Shown in pieces: positions 48,742-61,439 of a stretch of 64,000 nt of DNA. The DNA lies in NCBI GenBank assembly GCA_963709115.1, contig CAVPVF010000016.1, positions 429,986 to 493,985 on the forward strand. The letters are read 5' to 3'. A model generated the notes under the pieces. That model was given only the letters and a program-made list of their open reading frames with translations, had not been told where the DNA came from and did not search any database. The position numbers were made by a program, and so were the translations under genes. Source of the stretch: an uncultured Actinomycetota bacterium. Lineage in GTDB: Bacteria; Actinomycetota; Actinomycetes; Actinomycetales; Microbacteriaceae. How positions within the stretch are numbered: position 1 is the stretch's first letter; each line of letters begins with the position of its first letter.

Positions 48742-49459
48742 TCAGGCCTCGCCGAACCCCGACTCCGCCAGCGCGGCGATGGCGTCGACCGCCGCGCGCC
48801 CCTCCGGGTCCTCGCTCGCGATCTCCACCGTCGCGCCCTTCGTGAGGCCGAGCGACATGATGCCGAGCAGGCTCTTCGCGTCGGTGCCGTTGACCGTCAC
48901 CCGCTGCGGGAACGTGCTCGCGAGCTTCACGAGCTCGGCGGCCGGGCGCGCGTGCAGCCCGTCGGCGTTCACGAGCGTGACGCTGCGCGAATGAGCGGAT
49001 GCCGCGGCCGCCTGCTCCCCCGCGCCAGGCGCGCCCGCGCCGCCATCGGCGCCGCGGCTCGGCGCCGCCGCCGCGCGCCGACTCCGCCGCCGCGACCACC
49101 TGCTCGAGGTCGTCGCCGGCCTCGGCCGCCACCGCCGCGGCCACGCCGCCCTCGACGAGCGGCGCGTCGACGATGCGCACCCGGGCGCGCACGTCGTCGT
49201 CGAGGAAGTCGAGCGCGGTCTCCGCGGTGAGGATCGCGGATCCGAGGTCGCAGAGCACCGCGACGCCCTCCCCCGCGTCCGCCTCGGCGATGCCCGCGCT
49301 CACGAGGTCGAAGCTCGTGCCGATCCGCCCGTCGTCGGTGCCGCCCGCCGCGACCAGCGCCGCGCTCGGCGCCATCTGCCGCGCGAGGTCGACGAGGCCC
49401 TCCGCGATCCGCGCGGAGTGCGAGACGAAGACGATGCCGACCTTGCCGGGTGTCGCCAC
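48742..49459 (-). CDS. dhaM: PTS-dependent dihydroxyacetone kinase phosphotransferase subunit DhaM (EIIA-Man-like plus HPr-like); frame breaks in the linker
   Basis: GTG start. KVGIVFVSHSARIAEGLVDLARQMAPSA...VAVLCDLGSAILTAETAL is the EIIA domain. The C-terminal HPr-like domain is VNADGLHARPAAELVKLASTFPQRVTVNGTDAKSLLGIMSLGLTKGATVEIASED. Confidence 0.8.
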
Positions 49460-49460
49460 C

Positions 49461-50104
49461 TCACGCCCCCGCGGACGCGGACGCCGCATCGGCCGCGGCC
49501 TGCAGGAGCAGCGCCGTCGACTGGGCGCCGGGGTCGCGGTGCCCGGCCGAACGTTCGCCGAGGTAGCTCGCGCGACCCTTGCGGGCCACGAGCGGTTCGG
49601 TCGCCTCGGCGCCGGCCCACGCGGCGTCGCTCGCCGCGGCGAGCACGGCCGCGGCATCCGACCCGTTCGACGCGGCGGCGTCGGCGGCGTCGACCGCCGG
49701 CGTCCACGCGTCGATCATGGTCTTGTCGCCCGGTTCCGCCTTGCCCCGCAGCACGATGCCGTCGCGGGCCGCGGTGAGCACCGCGGCGATCGCGGGCCCG
49801 TCGAGCGACGCCGCCGACCCTGCTGCCACCGCGCCCTTCAGGTACGCGGTGCCGTAGAGCGGGCCGGCCGCTCCGCCGACCGTCGAGATGAGCGTCGTCG
49901 CGACGAGCTTCAGGACATCGCCCGGGGTGGACCCGGCCGGCAGGTCGTCGAGCTTCGGGAGCACGGCCTGGAAGCCGCGATCCATGTTCTCGCCGTGGTC
50001 GCCGTCGCCGATCTCGCGGTCGAGCGTGATGAGCTCGACCCGGTGCTCGGCGATCACGTCGGCGCTCAGCCGTACCCAGTCCACCGCCCAGGTGATGTCC
50101 AGAC

Positions 50105-50108
<4 letters not shown>
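49461..50108 (-). CDS. dhaL: Dihydroxyacetone kinase ADP-binding subunit DhaL, intact
   Basis: Intact 215 aa: ...[18 protein letters not shown]...[13 protein letters not shown]... Confidence 0.85.
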
Positions 50109-51129
<1,021 letters not shown>

Positions 51130-51287
51130 CCCTTCACCATGGCTGCCGCACGCCGCGCGACCGTGCATCGGCGCCGACGCAGCACTCCCCAGTCAACCTA
51201 CGCCCGACGGCGGGTCGGTGGTAAGAGCATCCCGGAAATCGGAGACCGCCCTCCACCAATACCTGCGCGCCCATTCCCAGTCGGATG

Positions 51288-51297
51288 CTCAGCTGAG
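51288..51297. promoter_or_regulatory. Perfect 10-bp palindrome CTCAGCTGAG in the 228-bp dhaK/glpF divergent intergenic region, a possible operator
   Basis: Seen directly in the sequence. No cognate regulator gene is present in the window. Confidence 0.3.
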
Positions 51298-51357
51298 TAT
51301 CGTGTGTGCTATCCGGTGGGCCGAGGCCCTCGTTACTCAGCGGAGAGGAAGGTCGAC

Positions 51358-52157
51358 ATGGACAATCTCGGGCGTCATATTCGTATCGGAGATGGTCGGC
51401 ACGGCGATGCTGGTGCTGCTCGGCTGCGGCGTGGTCGCCAACGTCGCCCTGGCGAAGACCAAGGGCAACGGCGGCGGCTTCCTGTTGGTCAACTTCGGCT
51501 GGGGCCTCGCGGTCTTCGCCGGCGTCATCGTCGTCGGTCGTGTCGGGTGCGCACATCAACCCGGCGGTCACCCTCGGCCTCGCGGCCAACATCGGGCAAG
51601 GGCGGCACGGAGTTCGTCCCGGGCATCCCGGTCGACGCGGCTTCGATCTCCACCTACATCGGCGCCCAGCTCATCGGCGCGATCATCGGTGCCGTCGTCG
51701 TGCTGGCTCGCCTACAAGCAGCACTTCGACGACGAGCCCGAGCCCGGCGCTCAAGCTCGCGGTCTTCTCGACCGGCCCCGCCATCCGCTCCTACGCCTGG
51801 AACCTCATCACGGAGATCATCGGCACGTTCGTGCTCGTGTTCGTCGTGATCAGCTTCGGCTTCTGGGGCGACCCCGACACCGTCGTCCCCGCGGGGCTCG
51901 GACCGCTCGGTGCGCTGCCCGTGGCCCTGCTGGTCGTCGGGATCGGCGCCTCCCTCGGTGGCCCGACCGGGTATGCGATCAACCCCGCCCGTGACCTCGG
52001 ACCCCGCATCGCGCACGCCTTCCTTCCCATCAAGGGCAAGGGCAGCAGCGACTGGGGATACTCCTGGGTGCCGGTCGTCGGCCCGATCATCGGCGGCGTG
52101 CTCGCCGGTCTCGCCGCGATCCCGCTCGGCGACATGGTCGCCACCGCCATGGGATGA
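51358..52157 (+). CDS. glpF: Glycerol uptake facilitator (MIP/aquaglyceroporin GlpF); at least 4 frame breaks
   Basis: [26 protein letters not shown]...[13 protein letters not shown] (first NPA) ... [27 protein letters not shown] (second NPA) ... [15 protein letters not shown]. Confidence 0.85.
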
Positions 52158-52261
52158 CTCGATTCGGGCCGGTCCGACCAGGGCCGGCCCCTCTCGCGTC
52201 CCGGCACCGGAGACACCAACACCCGTCGACGTCGACGGGCGCAACGAATTGAGAGGAAGTC

Positions 52262-53784
52262 ATGGCCGACTACATCCTGGCGATCGACCAGGGAACGACG
52301 AGCACGCGCTCGATCATCTTCGACAAGAAGGGGTCGATCGTCGCGTCGGGGCAGCTCGAGCACGAGCAGATCTTCCCGAAGGCCGGCTGGGTCGAGCACG
52401 ACCCGATGGAGATCTGGCACAACACGCGCGAGGTGATCGGGCACGCCCTCGGCAAGGCCGACCTCACCCGGCACGACATCGCGGCCGTCGGCATCACCAA
52501 CCAGCGCGAGACCGCGGTGGTGTGGGACAAGAACACCGGCGAGCCCGTCTACAACGCGATCGTCTGGCAGGACACCCGCACCCAGCCCATCGTCGACCGG
52601 CTCGCGGCCGACGGCGGCGTCGAGCGGTTCAAGCAGGACGTCGGGCTGCCGCTCGCGACCTACTTCTCGGGCACGAAGATCGCCTGGATCCTCGAGAACG
52701 TCGAGGGTGCCCGCGAGCGGGCCGAGGCCGGCGACCTGCTCTTCGGCAACACCGACACGCTGGGTGCTCTGGAACCTCACCGGCGGCGTCGACGGCGGCG
52801 TGCACGCGACGGATGTCACGAACGCCAGCCGCACGATGTTCATGGACCTCGAGACGCTCAGCTGGCGCGACGACATCCTCGCCGCGTTCGGCGTGCCCCG
52901 CTCGATGATGCCCGACATCAGGAGCTCCTCCGAGGTCTACGGCGCAGGTCGAGTCGTCGAGCCTGCTGCGCGAGGTGCCGGTCGCCGGCATCCTCGGCGA
53001 CCAGCAGGCGGCGACGTTCGGCCAGGCGGCGTTCGACGCCGGCGAGTCGAAGAACACCTACGGCACCGGCAACTTCCTGATCTTCAACACCGACACCGAG
53101 ATCGTGCACTCGAAGAACGGGCTGCTCACCACCCTCGGCTACAAGCTCGGCGACCAGCCGGCGCACTACGCGCTGGAGGGGTCGATCGCCGTGACCGGGT
53201 CGCTGATCCAGTGGCTGCGCGACAACCTCGGGCTGATCTCGAGCGCGCCCGAGGTCGAGGAGCTCGCGAAGACGGTGGACGACAACGGCGGCGCGTACTT
53301 CGTGCCGGCGTTCTCCGGCCTGTTCGCGCCGTACTGGCGCTCCGACGCGCGCGGCGCGCTCGTCGGCCTCACGCGGTACGTGAACAAGGGCCACATCGCC
53401 CGCGCCGCCCTCGAGGCGACGGCCTTCCAGACCCGGGAGGTGCTCGACGCGGTCAACGCCGACTCGGGCGTCGACCTCACGGAGCTGAAGGTCGACGGCG
53501 GCATGATCGCGAACAACACGCTCATGCAGTTCCAGGCGGACATCCTCGGCGTGCCCGTGGTGCGTCCGGTCGTCGCGGAGACCACCGCGCTCGGCGCCGC
53601 CTACGCGGCCGGGCTCGCGGTCGGCTTCTGGTCCGACCTCGACGAGCTGCGCGCCAACTGGCAGGAGGACTCCCGCTGGGAGCCGAAGATGGAGGCCGAG
53701 GAGCGCGAGCGCCAGCTCCGGCTGTGGAAGAAGGCCGTCACGAAGACCTTCGACTGGGTCGACGACGACGTGTCGCACGGCTGA
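52262..53784 (+). CDS. glpK: Glycerol kinase GlpK; 2 frame breaks
   Basis: [52 protein letters not shown]...[31 protein letters not shown]...[13 protein letters not shown]...[22 protein letters not shown]...[24 protein letters not shown]. Confidence 0.9.
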
Positions 53785-53889
53785 TCCGAGCGACCCGAAC
53801 GGCCCCGCGGCATCCGCGGGGCCGTTCGCATGCCGGGCGCCGGCTCTGGCGACACCCGAGCGGATGCGCGGGTGCGGCGGATGCCGCGA

Positions 53890-54944
53890 TCAGGCCTTCG
53901 TGGCGGCGATCCACTGCTCGAGCTTGCGCGCGGCCGCGCCGCTGTCGATCGCCTCCTCGGCGACCGCCATCTTGTCGCGGAACCGGTCGAGGATCGGCGC
54001 GCTGGAACTGGCTCGGATCCTTGGCCAGCTCGAACGCGACGAGGCCGGCGGCGGCGTTCAGCACCACGATGTCGCGCACGGCGCCGCGCTCCCCCGCGAA
54101 CACCTCGTGCACGATCGCGGCGTTGTGCGCCGCGTCGCCCCCGACGAGGTCGTCGATGCTCGCGCGCGGGATGCCGAGGTCGCGCGGGTCGAGGTCGTGC
54201 TCCTTCACCGTGCCGCGGGAGACCTCCCACATGTGGCTGTGGCCGGTGGTCGTGAGCTCGTCGAGTCCGTCGTCGCCGCGGAAGACGAGCGCGGTGGCGC
54301 CGCGGGTCTGGAACACGCCGACGATGAGCGGCACGCGGTCGAGGTGGGCGACGCCGACCGCGGAGGCCTCGGGGCGGGCCGGGTTGCAGAGCGGGCCGAG
54401 GAAGTTGAAGACCGTCGGCACGCCGAGCTCGGCGCGCACCGGCCCCGCGTGCCGGAAGCCGGGGTGGAAGGCGCCCGCGAACGCGAAGGTGATGCCGGCC
54501 TCGCCGAGCACCTGCGCCGACCCGCTCCGCGGGGAGCGACAGGTCGAGGCCGAGGGCGGCGAGCACGTCGGAGGATCCCGACGACGAGCTCGCGGCGCGG
54601 TTGCCGTGCTTGATCACGGGCACACCGGATGCCGCGGCGACGACGGAGGCCATGGTCGACACGTTCACCGTGCCGAACCGGTCGCCGCCCGTGCCGACGA
54701 TGTCGAGCGCCATCGGGTCGACGGGCAGCGGCACGGCGTGCTCGAGCACGGCGTCGCGGAAGCCCACGATCTCGTCGACCGTCTCCCCCTTCACGCGCAG
54801 CGCGATGAGGAATCCGGCGAGCTGGGCGTGCGTGACGGTGCCCGTCATCACCTGCTCCATGCACCACGCCGCATCCGACACGCTGAGATCTTCGCCGTCG
54901 AGGAGCGAGGAGATGATGGTCGGCCAGGTCTGTGCGGCGGGCAT
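53890..54944 (-). CDS. trpD: Anthranilate phosphoribosyltransferase TrpD (the paralog typically adjacent to ctaE in actinobacteria); 2 frame breaks
   Basis: [52 protein letters not shown]...[12 protein letters not shown]...[15 protein letters not shown]. The stop is TGA at 53890. Confidence 0.8.
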
Positions 54945-54998
54945 GCACCGATCCTAGCCATCGGATTCAGGGCGGATTCGCGGCGATCGCACACCGGA

Positions 54999-55016
54999 GG
55001 TTAGGGTTCCCTAACC
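54999..55016. promoter_or_regulatory. Palindrome GGTTAGGG-TT-CCCTAACC in the trpD/ctaE divergent promoter region, about 60 bp upstream of the ctaE start
   Basis: A perfect 8-bp inverted repeat with a 2-bp spacer. TTGACG and CATAAT hexamers lie just downstream. Confidence 0.4.
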
Positions 55017-55075
55017 CTTCAGACCTCGAAATGCCTCCCCCTGTTGACGAAAACTCAGGCCTGATTTCAGCCATA

Positions 55076-55714
55076 ATGGGGAGCGTGACGAGCACCTCAA
55101 TCACTTATCAGGCGACCGCGCCCGTGATCAAGCGCCCCAACACCGTAGCGGTGGGCACGATCGTCTGGCTCGGCAGCGAGGTCATGTTCTTCGCGGGGCT
55201 CTTCGCGATCTACTTCACGCTGCGATCGACGTCGCCAGAGCTGTGGGCGTTCGAGGCGGATCGCCTGAACTTCCCGTTCTCGCTGACGAACACGATCATC
55301 CTCGTGCTCTCGTCGTTCACCTGCCAGTTCGGCGTCTTCGCGGCGGAGCGGCTCCAGCCGTACGCCACCGGCTGGAAGCCGACGCAGTGGGGCATGGTCG
55401 AGTGGTTCTTCCTCACCTACGCCATGGGCGCGATCTTCGTCGCCGGCCAGATCTGGGAGTACGCCACGCTCGTCTCCGAGGGCATCGCCATCGACTCCAA
55501 CTCCTACGGGTCGGCGTTCTACCTCACGACCGGCTTCCACGGCCTGCACGTCACGGGTGGCCTGATCGCCTTCCTGCTCGTCATCGGCCGCGTGTTCGCG
55601 GTCAAGAACTTCGGCCACCGCGAGGCGACGAGCGCCATCGTCGTCTCGTACTACTGGCACTTCGTCGACGTCGTCTGGATCGGCCTGTTCCTCGTCATCT
55701 ACGTCCTCAAATAG
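55076..55714 (+). CDS. ctaE: Cytochrome c oxidase subunit III, intact
   Basis: [21 protein letters not shown]...[14 protein letters not shown]...[26 protein letters not shown]...[24 protein letters not shown]. Almost co-linear with mycobacterial CtaE. Confidence 0.9.
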   Translation: MGSVTSTSITYQATAPVIKRPNTVAVGTIVWLGSEVMFFAGLFAIYFTLRSTSPELWAFEADRLNFPFSLTNTIILVLSSFTCQFGVFAAERLQPYATGWKPTQWGMVEWFFLTYAMGAIFVAGQIWEYATLVSEGIAIDSNSYGSAFYLTTGFHGLHVTGGLIAFLLVIGRVFAVKNFGHREATSAIVVSYYWHFVDVVWIGLFLVIYVLK

Positions 55715-55764
55715 CAGCAGCAGGAGCGCCACGAACAGCATGCCCGCGAACAGGAAGAAACTCG

Positions 55765-56559
55765 ATGAACCGCTCGAAGCGACGCACCGGACGCCGGCAC
55801 CCGCTCGCCACCGTCGCGCTGCTGGCGCTCGGACTCGTCTTCACCGGCGGCGCGTACGCGGCCATCAGCAGCGGCACCGCTGCGCAGGCCGAGGCGGAGC
55901 CGACGTCGCAGGAGACGATCGAGCAGGGCAAGAAGCTCTTCCAGGCCAACTGCGCCACCTGCCACGGCCTCGAGGCCCAGGGCACCGACAACGGCCCGAG
56001 CCTCATCGGCGTCGGCGCGGCCGCCGTCGACTTCCAGGTCGGCACCGGCCGCATGCCGATGCAGATGCAGGGCCCGCAGGCGCAGCAGAAGCCGCCGCAG
56101 TTCACCGACGAGCAGACCAAGCAGCTCGCCTACTACGTGGCCTCCCTCGGCCCCGGCCCCGACATCCCCGCCGAGCACCTCGTCAACGGCGGCGGCGACG
56201 CCGCGAACGGCGCGGAGCTCTTCCGCATCAACTGCGCGATGTGCCACAACGTCGCCGGCGCCGGCGGCGCGCTCACCGAGGGCAAGTTCGCTCCCCCGCT
56301 CACGGATGTCTCGGGCGTGCACATCTACGAGGCCATGGTCACCGGCCCGCAGAACATGCCGGTGTTCAACGACCTGAACATCTCGCCCGAGGACAAGCGC
56401 GACGTCATCACCTACCTCAAGTACGTGCAGGACAACCGCTCGCCCGGCGGCTTCGAGCTCGGCTCGCTCGGGCCGGTCGCAGAGGGCCTGTTCATCTGGA
56501 TCTTCGGTCTCGGCGCGATCGTCGCGGTCACCGTGTGGATCACGGCGAAATCCAACTAG
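55765..56559 (+). CDS. qcrC: Cytochrome bc1 complex di-haem cytochrome c subunit QcrC, intact
   Basis: Signal peptide, then two CxxCH motifs (CATCHG and CAMCHN), and a C-terminal TM anchor. Confidence 0.9.
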   Translation: MNRSKRRTGRRHPLATVALLALGLVFTGGAYAAISSGTAAQAEAEPTSQETIEQGKKLFQANCATCHGLEAQGTDNGPSLIGVGAAAVDFQVGTGRMPMQMQGPQAQQKPPQFTDEQTKQLAYYVASLGPGPDIPAEHLVNGGGDAANGAELFRINCAMCHNVAGAGGALTEGKFAPPLTDVSGVHIYEAMVTGPQNMPVFNDLNISPEDKRDVITYLKYVQDNRSPGGFELGSLGPVAEGLFIWIFGLGAIVAVTVWITAKSN

Positions 56560-56593
56560 CGCCCGGCACCGAAGCACCCGAAGAAGGAGAACC

Positions 56594-57673
56594 ATGGCCC
56601 AGGACGACCACAGCGGCACTGAGCTCGCCGCTGCCGACTCGTCGCACGCCGCGCTCGAATCCGACGGCCTCGCCGGGTACCGCGCTGATCGCATCCGACG
56701 CGTTCGAGAACCCCGGATTCCCGCCCCACCGTCCCCGCGTCACCGACGAGGACCCCAAGCGGGAGAAGCGCGCGACCAGCGCACGGTCTACACGCTCTTC
56801 TACCTCTCGATCCTCGGCAGCGTCTGGGCCGTCGCGGCGTACATGCTCTTCCCGATCGAGTCGAACGACGTCGGCGCGGTGCGCCTGAACAACATGTTCA
56901 TCGGCCTCGGCGCCACGCTCGCCCTCCTCGGCCTCGGCTTCGGCGTCGTGCACTGGGGCAAGTCGCTCATGGCCGACGTCGAGCTCGCCGACGAGCGCCA
57001 CCCGATCGGCGGCTCGCCCGAGACGCAGGCCGCCGCGGCCAAGGTCTTCTCCGACTCCAACGAGGAGTCGGGCTTCACCCGCCGTTCGGTCATCCGCAAC
57101 AGCCTCATCGGCGCGCTCATCGCCTTCCCGCTCCCCGCGGTGGTGCTCTTCCGCGGCTTCGCCCCGCAGGACCAGCTGCCCGTCGAGCTCCTCAGCCACA
57201 CCATGTGGGCCAAGGGCACGCGTCTCGCGCTCGACCCGTCGGGCGTGCCGATCAAGGCCGCCGACGTCACCATCGGCAGCGCGTTCCACGTCATCCCCGA
57301 GGGCCTCGCCGAGCTCGAGCACGGCAAGCTCGAGGAGAAGGCCAAGGCGGCCGTCCTCCTCATGCGCCTCGAGCCGAGCGAGCTCAACCAGGCACCCGAT
57401 CGCGAGTCCTGGTCGTACGACGGCATCGTCGCCTACTCCAAGATCTGCACGCACGTCGGATGCCCCGTTGCGCTCTACGAGCAGCACACCCATCACCTGC
57501 TCTGCCCCTGCCACCAGTCGCAGTTCGACGTGGCGAACCACTGCGAGGTCATCTTCGGCCCGGCCAAGCGGCCCCTCCCGCAGCTGCCGATCGCCGTCGA
57601 CGACGAGGGCTACCTCATCGCGCAGAGCGACTTCACCGAACCCGTCGGCCCGAGCTTCTGGGAGCGCAGTTGA
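56594..57673 (+). CDS. qcrA: Cytochrome bc1 Rieske iron-sulfur subunit QcrA; a compensating frame-break pair near the N-terminus
   Basis: Rieske boxes CTHVGCP and CPCHQSQF are present. There are three N-terminal TM helices, as in actinobacterial QcrA. Confidence 0.85.
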   Translation: MAQDDHSGTELAAADSSHAALESDGLAGYRADRIRRVREPRIPAPPSPRHRRGPQAGEARDQRTVYTLFYLSILGSVWAVAAYMLFPIESNDVGAVRLNNMFIGLGATLALLGLGFGVVHWGKSLMADVELADERHPIGGSPETQAAAAKVFSDSNEESGFTRRSVIRNSLIGALIAFPLPAVVLFRGFAPQDQLPVELLSHTMWAKGTRLALDPSGVPIKAADVTIGSAFHVIPEGLAELEHGKLEEKAKAAVLLMRLEPSELNQAPDRESWSYDGIVAYSKICTHVGCPVALYEQHTHHLLCPCHQSQFDVANHCEVIFGPAKRPLPQLPIAVDDEGYLIAQSDFTEPVGPSFWERS

Positions 57674-59281
57674 GAACCGCACCATCCACCAACGGTCACG
57701 CAGAAGCGATCGTTCACGGCCTCCGCGTCCGTCTACGTCAACGAGCGCACCAGCCTCGCCGGGTTCGTCAAGGAGCTCGGACGCAAGGCGTTCCCCGACC
57801 ACTGGTCGTTCCTGCTCGGCGAGATCGCGCTCTTCAGCTTCGTCGTCATCCTGATCTCGGGCACGTTCCTGACGTTCTTCTTCCAGGCGTCGATGGCCGA
57901 GGTGCACTACGACGGCTCCTACGTGCCCCTCAAGGGCGTCGAGATGTCGGTCGCGATGGCGTCGACGCTCGACATCTCGTTCGACATCCGCGGCGGCCTG
58001 TTCGTGCGCCAGATGCACCACTGGGCGGCCCTGCTGTTCGTCGCCGCCATCGGCCTGCACATGCTGCGCATCTTCTTCACGGGTGCGTTCCGCAAGCCGC
58101 GCGAGTTCAACTGGATCATCGGCTTCACCCTCTTCATCCTCGCGATGGGCGAGGGCTTCACCGGCTACTCGCTCCCCGACGACCTGCTCTCGGGCAACGG
58201 CCTCCGCATCATCGACGGCCTGGTCAAGGGCATGCCCGATCATCGGCACCTGGACCTCGTTCCTGCTCTTCGGCGGCGAGTTCCCGGGCACCGCGATCGT
58301 CGGCCGCCTCTACACGCTGCACATCCTGCTGCTGCCGGCGATCATCGTCGCGCTCATCGCGATCCACCTGGTGCTCGTCGTCGTGCACAAGCACACGCAG
58401 TACGCCGGCGCCGGGCAAGACCCAGCAGAACGCGGTCGGCCCGCCCATCCTGCCGATCTACGCGGCGAAGGCCGGCGGCTTCTTCTTCATCATCTTCGGC
58501 GTCCTGGCGCTCATCGCGTCGCTGTTCACGATCAACCCGATCTGGAACTACGGCCCGTACGACCCCTCGCCGGTCTCGGCGGGCACGCAGCCCGACTGGT
58601 ACATCGGCTTCGCCGACGGCGCCCTGCGCCTGATCCCGCCGGGCTGGGAGTTCGTGTGGCTCGACCGCACCTGGTCGTTCAACATCCTCGTCCCGCTCAT
58701 CGCGATCGGCATCTTCATCCTGCTCGTGGTCGCCTACCCGTTCATCGAGGCGTGGGTGAAGGGCGACAAGCGCGAGCACCACATCGCCGACCGTCCGCGC
58801 AACGCGCCGACCCGCACCGCGATCGGTGCCGCCGGTGTCACGTTCTACGCCGGCCTCTGGGCGGCGGCGAGCTCCGACATCCTCGCGACGCACTTCTCGC
58901 TCACGATGGAGGGCGTCATCCACGCCCTGCAGGCCATGGTGATCATCGGCCCGTTCGTCGCCTACTTCATCGCCAAGCGCGTCTGCATCGCGCTGCAGAA
59001 GAAGGATCGCGAGATCGTGCTGCACGGCTACGAGTCGGGTCGCATCGTCAAGCTCCCCGGCGGCGAGTTCATCGAGGTGCACCAGCCGCTCGACGAGTAC
59101 GACCGCTGGCGCCTCGTGAGCTACGAGACCTACGAGCCGCTGATGATCCGTCCGAACTCGCGCGGCAAGATCACCGTCGGCCAGCGGCTGCGCGCGGGCA
59201 TGTCGCGGTGGTTCTTCGAGGACCGCATCGCGCCGGTCACGAAGGGCGAGCTCGAGGCGTCGCACTCCGACGCACCACTGA
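57670..59281 (+). CDS. qcrB: Cytochrome bc1 cytochrome b subunit QcrB; at least 3 frame breaks; a TTG start overlaps the qcrA stop
   Basis: [31 protein letters not shown]...[44 protein letters not shown]...[11 protein letters not shown]...[22 protein letters not shown]...[24 protein letters not shown]. Co-linear with mycobacterial QcrB. Confidence 0.9.
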
Positions 59282-59313
59282 GCCGACCGCACTCGGATTC
59301 GGGCACCGGTCCC

Positions 59314-60180
59314 ATGTCGATCGACACGACATGGCTCCGGTGCCCGAACTGCTTCTCGGACCTCTCGGCGATCGATGAGCGCGTCTTCGGCTGCGCCGCC
59401 GGGCATCGCTTCGACCGCGCCAGGCAGGGCTACCTCACGCTGCTGCCGCCGCGCGCGCCGCGCACGGTCGGCGACGATCGGGAGATGCTCGCGGCCCGTG
59501 CCGCGCTGCTCGACGGTGGCGCCTACTCCCCCATCGCCGCGGCGATCGCCGACGCCGTCGCCGCCGTGCCGCCCGACGGGCATCCGGGCGCATCGCTCCG
59601 CATCGCCGACCTCGGGTGCGGCACCGGCTACTACTCGGCGAGCATCGCTCGCGCGGTGCCCGACGCCGCGTTCCTCCTCGCCGACCGATCGCCCGATGCG
59701 GTGCGGATCAGCCTGCGCGCGCTCCCCGCGGCGACGGGCGTGGTGCTCGACCTCTGGCGGCCGCTCCCGATCCGCGACGGCGTCGTCGACGTCGCCCTCA
59801 ACGTCTTCGCGCCCGCGCAACGGCGCCGAGTTCGCGCGCGTGCTCGGACCGAACGGACGGCTCGTCGTCGTCGTCCCAGCCGACGCGCACCTGCAGGAGC
59901 TCCGCGAGCCGGTGCGGTCCTCGACGTCCCCGCGGGCAAGGCCGACCGGGTCGCCGAGCAGCTCGCCGCGTCCGGCTTCGACGCCGAGCGTCGACGACGT
60001 CGATCGAGTACGCGCTCGAGACGGATGCCGCGACCCGCGGGCTCCTCGCCGGCATGGGCCCGTCGGCGCACCACGTCGACAGCCTGTCGTCGGCAGGCGA
60101 GTCCGGCGATGCGCCGATCGACGTCACGATCGCCGTCGATCGTCATCGTGTTCGCACGCTCGTCGGCGTCCTCCGCCTGA
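59314..60180 (+). CDS. RlmA(RrmA)-like Zn-ribbon SAM-dependent rRNA (guanine-N1) methyltransferase; about 3 frame breaks; 3' end approximate
   Basis: MSIDTTWLRCPNCFSDLSAIDERVFGCAAGHRFDRARQGYLTLLPP is an N-terminal Cys4 Zn ribbon like RlmA. LRIADLGCGTGYYSASIA is SAM motif I. ...VVDVALNVFAP...GRLVVVVPADAHLQELRE. Confidence 0.65.
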   Translation: MSIDTTWLRCPNCFSDLSAIDERVFGCAAGHRFDRARQGYLTLLPPRAPRTVGDDREMLAARAALLDGGAYSPIAAAIADAVAAVPPDGHPGASLRIADLGCGTGYYSASIARAVPDAAFLLADRSPDAVRISLRALPAATGVVLDLWRPLPIRDGVVDVALNVFAPAQRRRVRARARTERTARRRRPSRRAPAGAPRAGAVLDVPAGKADRVAEQLAASGFDAERRRRRSSTRSRRMPRPAGSSPAWARRRTTSTACRRQASPAMRRSTSRSPSIVIVFARSSASSA

Positions 60181-60254
60181 GCCGATCGGCGCGCAGGCGC
60201 GCGCGTCTCGATGCGTCGACGTCGGGACGAACCGCGTCCATCGGTTCCATACTG

Positions 60255-60927
60255 ATGGCATGGACGAGTGCTGCGGTGCCGCCGAGCCCCGACGGCTACG
60301 AAGAGGTCTTCGATGCGCGCTACGCCGGCAAGGTCGCACGTCGCTATCGCCGACGCGGGCTCACCTCGACCGAGCAGCGGCTCGTGGAGCTTCCTCGCCT
60401 CGACCGGCATCGAGGGTGCCTCCGTGCTCGAGGTCGGCGGCGGCGTCGGCGAGGTCCAGCTGGAGCTGCTCGCGCGAGGCGCGGCGCGCACGACGAACCT
60501 CGAACTCTCGGGCGCCTACGAGGCGGACGCGCAGCGACTGATCGACGAGGCCGGCGTCGGGGGCCGCGTCGACGCGGATCCTCGGCGTCGACCTCGCGCG
60601 AGCTCCCGGACGCCGTCGACCCCGCCGACGTCGTCGTGCTGCACCGAGTGGTGTGCTGCTACCCCGCCTACGAGCGCCTGCTGGGCGCCGCGGCCGATCG
60701 GGCACGTCGCACGATCGTCTTCACGCCACCCGCCCCGCACGATCTGGACGCGCGCGGCGGTCGGCGTCGAGCAACCTCATGGTCGGGCTCTCCGGGCGCA
60801 GCTACCGCGGGTTCGTCCACTCGCCCGACGGCGATGGCCGACGTCGCTTCGCCGGCACGGCTTCGAGCTCACGCTACCGCCACCGCGGGCTGGTCGTGGT
60901 GCGTCGTCGGGCGCGGTACGCGGATGA
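60255..60927 (+). CDS. Class I SAM-dependent methyltransferase (small, Methyltransf_23-like); about 3 frame breaks
   Basis: FDARYAGKVARRYRRRGLTSTEQRLVEFLASTGIEGASVLEVGGGVGEVQLELLARGAARTTNLELS...ADVVVLHRVVCCYPAYERLLGAAADRARRTIVF. Confidence 0.55.
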
Positions 60928-61015
60928 CCCGTGCGGCACGTGCGTGCGCACGCCGACGCGGAACGACGAAGCCCCGGCGCGATGCGCCGGGGCTTCGTCG
61001 ACGATGCGGATCGCG

Positions 61016-61439
61016 TCAGCGGGCGAAGTTGCCGCGGTAGTACTCGTAGACCCAGCCGACGAGGGCGACCACGACGATCGGGACGGCGATGAACGTGATC
61101 CAGAATCCGATCGCGAGCCCGAGGAATCCGAGCGCGGCGCCGCCGGCGAGCACGAACGGCCACCAGCTCCACGGGCTGAAGAACCCGAGCTCGGCGTCAC
61201 CGTCGTCGATGTTCGCGTCGAGGCGGTCTTCGGGCAGCTCGGCGCCCTGCGCCTTGTGCACCCGCCCGAGGTAGAACGCGATGAACGCGGCCAGGACGGC
61301 GGTCAGCGTGAGGGCGACGGTGCCGGCCCACTCCAAGCCGGGATCCTGCTCGTCGAGCGCGGACCAGATCGCGTAGACGACCGCCGATCAGGGCGAAGAA
61401 GGCGGCGAGGATCCAGAACAGGATGGCATTGGCGCGCAT
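61016..61439 (-). CDS. ctaF: Cytochrome c oxidase subunit IV (actinobacterial CtaF); 1 frame break
   Basis: MRANAILFWILAAFFALI...WAGTVALTLTAVLAAFIAFYLGRVHKAQGAELPEDRLDANIDDGDAELGFFSPWSWWPFVLAGGAALGFLGLAIGFWITFIAVPIVVVALVGWVYEYYRGNFAR. Sits immediately downstream of ctaD. Confidence 0.8.

Noticed and set aside
54999-55016. TTAGGG/CCCTAA motif as a telomeric or linear-replicon signal
   Set aside because: It is a single inverted copy inside a promoter region of a core respiratory locus, so the resemblance is coincidental.
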